This document shows, piece after piece, positions 58,363 to 64,000 of a stretch of 64,000 bases of DNA. Every line of letters begins with the position of its first letter. The first letter of the stretch is position 1. The position numbers and the translations under genes were made by a program. The DNA is from Occultella glacieicola (GTDB lineage: Bacteria > Actinomycetota > Actinomycetes > Actinomycetales > Beutenbergiaceae). The notes beneath the pieces are model-generated. The model was not told the origin of the DNA. It saw only the letters and a list, made by a program, of their open reading frames with translations, and did no database searches. The stretch spans positions 1 through 64,000 of the forward strand of contig NZ_SMNA01000011.1 of NCBI RefSeq assembly GCF_004353825.1. Direction: 5' to 3'.

Positions 58363-59376
58363 TCAGGCCGACTTCTTGGTCCGCCGTCGGGTCGGCTTGG
58401 CCTCCTCTGCCTCGTCGTCCGCCTCCGCCTTCGCGGTCTTCGACTTGGTGTCCTTCGCCGTGCCGGACTTCGAGGCGGCGGACTTCGAGGTCTTGGCCGC
58501 GCCCGAGGTGGACGTGCTCTTCGCCCGGCTCGAGGAGGGCTTCGACGCAGGCGACCCGCCGTCGTCGTCCGCCTCGGCGGTCGTGCTCGCCGTGTCCCGC
58601 TTCGCGCGCGACGCCTCGACGCTGCGGCGCAGGGCCTCCATCAGGTCGAGGACCTCGCCACCCTCCTCGGCCTCCTCGGGCGCCTCGTTCTCGAACGCCT
58701 CGCCCTTCTCGAGCTTGGCCTCGATCAGGCGCTTCATCTGCGCCTGGTAGTCGTCGGTGAACTCCCCGGGAGCGAAGTCCGACTCGTAGCTGCTGACCAG
58801 GGCCGCGGACATCTGGAGCTCCTTCGCGGAGATCTTGACGTCGTCGGCCAGGGCCGGGAAGTCCGCTTCGCGCACCTCGTCGGACCAGAGCAGGGTCTGC
58901 AGCAGCAGCACGTCGCCGCGCACCCGCAGCGCCGCGAGCCGGGTCTTCTGCCGGAGGGTGAAGGAGACGATCGCGGTGCGCTCGGACTCCTCCAGGGTGC
59001 GGCGCAGCAGCACGTAGGACTTCGTCGACGCGGACGTGGGGGCCAGGTAGTAGGAGGATTCCAGCATGATCGGTTCGACCTGCTCGCTCGGGACGAACTC
59101 GAGCACATCGATCTCGCGACTGCGCTCGGCCGGGAGCGTCTGCAGGTCGTCATCGGTCAGCACGACGGTCTGCTCGCCGTCCGTGTAGGCCTTGTCGATG
59201 TGCTCGTAGGGCACCACCTCGCCGCACACCTCGCACTTGCGCTGGTACCGGATCCGGCCGCCGTCCGCATCGTGCACCTGGTGCAGCTTCACGTCGTGGC
59301 TCTCCGTGGCCGAGTAGACCGACACCGGCACGTTCACGAGCCCGAACGTGATGGCCCCCTTCCAGATCGACCGCAT
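58363..59376 (-). CDS. ku: Non-homologous end-joining protein Ku
   Basis: MRSIWKGAITFGLVNVPV, YYLAP, FTDDYQ, VLDLMEALRRS, basic C-terminal tail; GAGG RBS. Confidence 0.95.
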   Translation of the reverse strand: MRSIWKGAITFGLVNVPVSVYSATESHDVKLHQVHDADGGRIRYQRKCEVCGEVVPYEHIDKAYTDGEQTVVLTDDDLQTLPAERSREIDVLEFVPSEQVEPIMLESSYYLAPTSASTKSYVLLRRTLEESERTAIVSFTLRQKTRLAALRVRGDVLLLQTLLWSDEVREADFPALADDVKISAKELQMSAALVSSYESDFAPGEFTDDYQAQMKRLIEAKLEKGEAFENEAPEEAEEGGEVLDLMEALRRSVEASRAKRDTASTTAEADDDGGSPASKPSSSRAKSTSTSGAAKTSKSAASKSGTAKDTKSKTAKAEADDEAEEAKPTRRRTKKSA

Positions 59377-59550
59377 CGGCCCTCGCCTCTCCCTCGACAC
59401 CACGATTGTCAGTCCCAGTACACACGTCCGACGGACCGAGCGCCAGACCACGCGGCGTCCATCATGCGGGACGTCCGGACGGTCGGTGGTTGTGCCGGCC
59501 CCGCGCTCCTAGCCTGGCAGACGCCCTGACGCCAGCCGAGGAAGAGGACC

Positions 59551-60084
59551 ATGTCGCTGCTGCTCATCGAGACCACCACCCCCGCCGACGAGGGAGCCCG
59601 CACCTATCTGGACCGGATCGCCGCGGCCATCGACCCGGTCGGAGCCGACTTCGTCGAGGCGCAGGTCACCGCGGACGGCAAGGTCTTCGTCATCGCCGAC
59701 CTCGAGGGCGGCGCGACGAGCGAGGCCACGTTGGCCGCGCTCGCCGGGGCCGGGATCGGGGTCGAGGACTCCGCGCCGGTGCGGCTCGTCGGTGCGGACC
59801 TCGCCCAGATCAAGGCGACCCGGCCCGCGGGCCAGTACCTGGTGGAGTGGGACATCCCCGCCGGGATCAGCATGGACGCCTACCTGACCCGCAAGGCCGA
59901 GAAGAGCCCGCTCTACGACCAGGTGCCGGACGTGCAGTTCCTGCGTACCTACGTCCGCGAGGACATGGTGAAGTGCCTGTGCTTCTACGACGGTCAGGAC
60001 GAGGCCGCCGTCCGGCGCGCCCGCGACGTGGTCTCGACCCCGGTGGACCGCCTGCACGAACTGGACACCAAGGTCTTCGGATGA
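59551..60084 (+). CDS. DUF4242-domain protein
   Basis: YLVEWDIP, FLRTYVREDMVKCLCFY, AVRRAR, PVDRL; GAGGA RBS; TAGCCT -10 at 59510. Confidence 0.75.
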   Translation: MSLLLIETTTPADEGARTYLDRIAAAIDPVGADFVEAQVTADGKVFVIADLEGGATSEATLAALAGAGIGVEDSAPVRLVGADLAQIKATRPAGQYLVEWDIPAGISMDAYLTRKAEKSPLYDQVPDVQFLRTYVREDMVKCLCFYDGQDEAAVRRARDVVSTPVDRLHELDTKVFG

Positions 60085-61181
60085 CGGTCGCCGCCGCGCC
60101 CACGGCGCTCACGGACCGGTCCCCCCTGCCGGGCACGCACCTGGACGAGATCGCGGCGGACGCGGCCCGGGTGGATGCCGAGCGCGTCGACCTGCGGCCG
60201 GCCGTGCGCCGGATCCTCACCGGCGGCGGGCTGCACCGGGGTACGGACGGCGTGGCGACCCAGGCCGCAGTGATCGCCGAGGTGGCCGGGCGGTGCATGA
60301 GCACCGCGTTCTCCCTGTGGGGGCACCGGATGGCCGTCGAGTACCTGGACCGGTTCGGCGGGCCCGAGCAGTCCGGTCGGCTGGCCGACGTGGTGGCCGG
60401 GGTCCGGCCCGGGGTCTCCGCGATGGGTGCCTCGTTCAAGCACTTGGCCCAGCTGCGGGCGGGCGTCCCGCCCGCGGGTCTCGGCATCCGGGCCCGCAGG
60501 GACGACTCAGGTGGCCCGGGTGGCACGGACCTGATCCTGGACGGGTTCGCGCCGTACGCGACGAACCTGCATCCCGACGCCGTGGTCGTGATCGGCGCGC
60601 ACCTGGTCGAGGAGAACGGCGTCACGGACGTGGTCCTCGCGATCGACCTCGACCAGCCCGGCGTCGAGGTCAGGGAGGCCACGGATCTCCTGGCGTTGAA
60701 CTCCACGACGTCGGGGTCCGTGCGTCTGGACGGCGTCCGGGTTCCGGCGACGGCCGTGCTCCCGACTCCGTTCGAGGACCTCGTGGGCGGTGTCCGGGGC
60801 GTGTTCCTGGTGCTGCAGTCGGCGTTCTGCCTGGGGCATGCCGCCGGCTCGCTGGCCCACGCGGACGGACCCGGTGGCCCGTTCGCGGACGAGATCGCGG
60901 CACGCCGGGCCGACCAGGATCGCCTGGCCGGGACGTTGGGCGATCTCGCGACCGGCGCCCATGCCGCCGCCGACCACACCGAGTACCTGCGGGTCCGCCT
61001 TGAGTCGATGGAGCAGGCTCAGGCGAGCGCGCAGTTGGCCCTGTGCCTGACCGGGGGGCGCGGCTACGCCCGGACCCACCCGGTCGCCCGCGGGCTGCGG
61101 GAGGCCGCCTTCCTGCCCGTGCAGGCCCCGACGAAGGGACAACTCCTGTGGGAGCTGCAGTCGCTGAACTCCGCGGCGTAG
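60081..61181 (+). CDS. Acyl-CoA dehydrogenase-like flavoprotein
   Basis: CMSTAFSLWGH, LDGFAPYATN, LALNSTTSGSVRLDGV, LQSAFCLG, TGGRGY, LREAAFLPVQAP; ATGA overlap. Confidence 0.8.
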   Translation: MTVAAAPTALTDRSPLPGTHLDEIAADAARVDAERVDLRPAVRRILTGGGLHRGTDGVATQAAVIAEVAGRCMSTAFSLWGHRMAVEYLDRFGGPEQSGRLADVVAGVRPGVSAMGASFKHLAQLRAGVPPAGLGIRARRDDSGGPGGTDLILDGFAPYATNLHPDAVVVIGAHLVEENGVTDVVLAIDLDQPGVEVREATDLLALNSTTSGSVRLDGVRVPATAVLPTPFEDLVGGVRGVFLVLQSAFCLGHAAGSLAHADGPGGPFADEIAARRADQDRLAGTLGDLATGAHAAADHTEYLRVRLESMEQAQASAQLALCLTGGRGYARTHPVARGLREAAFLPVQAPTKGQLLWELQSLNSAA

Positions 61182-63136
61182 GCGTCGCCTACGGCGGGCG
61201 TCCGGTGCTCGCCGACGTCGACCTGCGGATCGAACCGGGTGAGCTGCTCGCCATCGTCGGCCCGTCCGGGGCCGGCAAGTCCACGTTGCTGCGGGTGCTC
61301 GCGAGCCTGCGCGAGGCCGACTCCGGGCAGGTGCTACGGCCGGAGGCCGGCGGTGGTTCGACCCGCGTGGTCTTCCAGGCCCCGCACCTGCTGCCGTGGC
61401 GCTCCGTGTCCGGGAACGTCCGGATCGGGCTGGAGTACCGCGCCAACGGTGGCCACCGCCGCCGGGGCCGCGCGGACGCGAACGCCCAGGTGGCCACCGC
61501 GCTGGACGAGCTGGGCATCGCCGATCTCGCGAACCGGCGTCCCGGGCAGCTGTCCGGCGGACAGGCCCAGCGGGTGGCGGTCGCCCGGGCGGTCGTCGCG
61601 AATCCCTCCCTGCTGCTGCTGGACGAGCCGTTCGGCGCCCTCGACCCGCTCACCCGGGCCGACGCCCAGGAGTGGCTGCGCGGCGTCCGCGAGCGGCTCG
61701 GGATCGCCATGCTGCTGATCACCCACGACCTCGAGGAGGCGCTCTACCTCGGCGACCGGGTCGGCCTGCTGCATGCCGCGCCCGGACCGCTGGAGTTCCT
61801 CGACTCCCCCGTTCACGAGCGCGCCGATCTCGCGGACGGCACGGCGCGCGCCGCCCTCCTGCACCGGTTCACGAGCAGCGGTGAGAGCAGCGACCTGGAC
61901 AGTTCCGCCGTCGGACCGGGATCCCTCGCCGAACCGGAACCGGCCGGGGCCTCCCGGCGGCAACTGCTCACGGTCGGTGGCGCAGCCACCCTGCTCGCCG
62001 TGCCGGCCGTCGCCGCCGGCGTGGCCCACGCCCGGGAAGTGCCCGCCGACGCCGGCGACGACGCGCCCGGCGCCGATCCTGCCGAGGTCGCCACCCTCCG
62101 GATCGGCTACCTGCCCATCACCGACGCTTCGCCGCTGCTGCTCGCCCATGCCGACGGCGACTTCGCCTCGCGGGGCATCGACGTCCCCGAGCCCACCCTG
62201 TTCCGCGGCTGGGCGCCCCTGGTCGAGGCACTGCAGGGGGGCCAGGTGGACATCGTGCACCTGCTCATGCCGCTCGCGATCCAACTTCGCTACGGCGCGG
62301 GCGTGCCGGTCAAGGTTCTCGGCTGGAACCACACCAACGGATCGGCGCTCGCGGTGGCCCACGACGTGGACGACCTCGCCGACCTCGCTGGCACCACCTT
62401 CGCGGTGCCTGGCTGGTACTCCGTGCACAACGTGGTCTTCCAGAAGATGCTGCGCGACGCGGGCCTTGAGCCCGTCATCGACACCGAGCCGGGACCCGGG
62501 ACCGTCCAGTTGGTGGTGCTGCCGCCCGCGGACATGCCGACCGCGCTCGAGGCGGGGACGGTCTCCGGCTACATCGTCGCGGAGCCGTTCTGCGCCGTCG
62601 CCGAGGTGCAGGGCATCGGGAAGATCCTGCGCTTCACCGGGGACGTCTGGAAGGACCACGCCTGCTGTGTGACCGTGGTGCACGAACGGCTCGTGACGGA
62701 ACGGCCCGACGTGGCGGCCCGTGCCCTGGAGGCGATCGTGGCCGCCCAGCTGCGGATCCGCGACGACCGGCACACCGCCGCCGTCGGGCTCTCCGAGGGT
62801 GGGTACCTGCCCCAGCCGTTGCCGGCGATCGACCTCACCCTCACCGAGGAGCAGGATCCCGCCTACGTGACCTCCGGGGCCGTGCAGCACCCCGAGTGGG
62901 AGTCCCACCGGATCGACTTCCAGCCCTATCCGTTCCCCGGCTACACCGCGGAACTCGTCGACGCGATGCGCGAGACCACGGTGGACGACTCGCTCGACTG
63001 GCTCGACGCCGTCGAGACCGGCGATGTGCACGCCGACCTCGTCGCGACCGATCTGAACCTGGCCGCGATCGAGTCGGTCGGCGGACTCGCCGCGTTCGGG
63101 GTCGGCCCCGACCGAGTGGAGGTGATCGCGCCATGA
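61148..63136 (+). CDS. Fused ABC ATPase + NrtA/CmpA-like substrate-binding domain
   Basis: GPSGAGKS, LSGGQAQ, LLDEPF, ITHD, then IGYLPITD, NHTNGS, SVHN, YIVAEPF, WKDHACC in one frame; GTG start approximate. Confidence 0.85.
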   Translation: MGAAVAELRGVGVAYGGRPVLADVDLRIEPGELLAIVGPSGAGKSTLLRVLASLREADSGQVLRPEAGGGSTRVVFQAPHLLPWRSVSGNVRIGLEYRANGGHRRRGRADANAQVATALDELGIADLANRRPGQLSGGQAQRVAVARAVVANPSLLLLDEPFGALDPLTRADAQEWLRGVRERLGIAMLLITHDLEEALYLGDRVGLLHAAPGPLEFLDSPVHERADLADGTARAALLHRFTSSGESSDLDSSAVGPGSLAEPEPAGASRRQLLTVGGAATLLAVPAVAAGVAHAREVPADAGDDAPGADPAEVATLRIGYLPITDASPLLLAHADGDFASRGIDVPEPTLFRGWAPLVEALQGGQVDIVHLLMPLAIQLRYGAGVPVKVLGWNHTNGSALAVAHDVDDLADLAGTTFAVPGWYSVHNVVFQKMLRDAGLEPVIDTEPGPGTVQLVVLPPADMPTALEAGTVSGYIVAEPFCAVAEVQGIGKILRFTGDVWKDHACCVTVVHERLVTERPDVAARALEAIVAAQLRIRDDRHTAAVGLSEGGYLPQPLPAIDLTLTEEQDPAYVTSGAVQHPEWESHRIDFQPYPFPGYTAELVDAMRETTVDDSLDWLDAVETGDVHADLVATDLNLAAIESVGGLAAFGVGPDRVEVIAP

Positions 63137-63975
63137 GCGACGTCCAGCTCGCCGAGGCACCGGTCCGAACGCCCGCCCCGACAGTGCGCCCGGCCGGTGA
63201 CGACCGGAGCAGGCCGCCGCGCGGCGCCTCCCTGGCCGCCCGCGTGCTCGCCCGGGTCGCCGTGGTGGCCGTCGTCCTCGCGCTCTGGTGGCTCGCCACC
63301 GGGGTGATCTTCGCCGACAACGCCGTCGTCGCCCGGATGGGTCCGTGGGCCGCGATCTCGGAACTGGTCCTCAGCCTCGGCGACGTGGCGACCCTGGACG
63401 CGGTCGCCGTCTCCCTCGGCCGGCTGCTGGCCGGGCTGGGCCTGTCCATCGTGGTGGCGGTCCCGCTCGGGCTGCTGCTCGGGTCGAACGCGCTGCTCGA
63501 CTACGCCTCGGCACCGGTGGTGCAGTTCCTGCGGATGACGTCGCCGCTGGCCTGGGCGCCGCTGGTGATCGTGCTGCTCGGCAGCGGTACCCCCGCGGTG
63601 ATCGCGCTGGTCGCGCTCGCGACCACCTGGCCCGTGGTGCTCGGCACTGCGAGCGGCCGCCGGGCCATCGACGCCGGCATGCTGGACATGGTCCGCTCGC
63701 TCGGCGCCACCCGGTGGGAGGGGATCCGCACCGTCGTCCTGCCCGGACTCGTCACGCACCTACGGACTGCGGTCCGGGTGGCCCTCGGGGTCGGTTGGGT
63801 CGTGCTGGTCCCGGCCGAGATGTTCGGGGTCACGAACGGGCTCGGCTACGCGATCCTGAACGCCCGCGACAACCTCGACTACGAGGCCCTCGCCGCCACC
63901 ATGCTGCTGATCGGGGTGGTCGGGTTCCTCCTGGACTCGATCCTGCGCGCGGTCGGCGCCGACGACCAGGCCTGA
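63133..63975 (+). CDS. NitT/TauT/SsuC-type ABC permease
   Basis: SLGRLLAG, LRMTSPLAWAP, RSLGATRW, WVVLVPAEM, GLGYAI. Confidence 0.92.
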   Translation: MSDVQLAEAPVRTPAPTVRPAGDDRSRPPRGASLAARVLARVAVVAVVLALWWLATGVIFADNAVVARMGPWAAISELVLSLGDVATLDAVAVSLGRLLAGLGLSIVVAVPLGLLLGSNALLDYASAPVVQFLRMTSPLAWAPLVIVLLGSGTPAVIALVALATTWPVVLGTASGRRAIDAGMLDMVRSLGATRWEGIRTVVLPGLVTHLRTAVRVALGVGWVVLVPAEMFGVTNGLGYAILNARDNLDYEALAATMLLIGVVGFLLDSILRAVGADDQA

Positions 63976-64000
63976 CCGGCCGGCGAGCTCGACCCGCGGT

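Noticed and set aside
59377..59550. SAM or other riboswitch before the DUF4242 operon
   Set aside because: A TAGCCT -10 box lies about 35 bp before the start, leaving no room, and no aptamer motif was recognised

Overview
High-GC actinobacterial chromosome segment, probably Micrococcales (inferred from gene content, TAnnnT -10 boxes with apparently leaderless starts, an actinobacterial SOS box and a leuS attenuator). About 48 protein genes; no rRNA, tRNA, CRISPR or IS element recognised. In order: DUF853/HerA-like ATPase, MFS transporter, APH-like kinase, a palindromic REP-like cluster, leuS with a leader-peptide attenuator, vapBC, a sulfatase/Tat solute-binding protein/LacI unit, an LLM-MarR-FMN reductase operon, a hexuronate cluster (uxaC, uxuB-like, gluconokinase, LacI, TIM-barrel isomerase, Gfo/Idh/MocA, gnd, larE, larB; no uxuA), two CNNM/hemolysin genes, a DtxR/MntR regulator, VKOR, a metallophosphoesterase, a DUF222-HNH gene behind DNA-damage motifs, a lipoprotein, a 14-kb predicted D-arabinan utilisation locus (GH116, ABC importer, DUF4185/GH183, two GH172, PfkB kinase, KpsF/GutQ-type isomerase, LacI, second DUF4185-like enzyme), a lipoate-ligase-family gene, a heterodimeric ABC exporter, Ku, and a DUF4242/acyl-CoA dehydrogenase/ABC unit with a fused ATPase-binding protein. 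Strongest leads: (1) the D-arabinan locus with a candidate kinase + arabinose-5-phosphate isomerase route; (2) a dehydratase-free glucuronate-to-gluconate route linked to nickel-pincer cofactor genes; (3) the ATPase-binding protein fusion with an internal twin-arginine motif; (4) a REP-like element inserted in frame in larB. All family calls come from reading motifs by eye; no database search was run.
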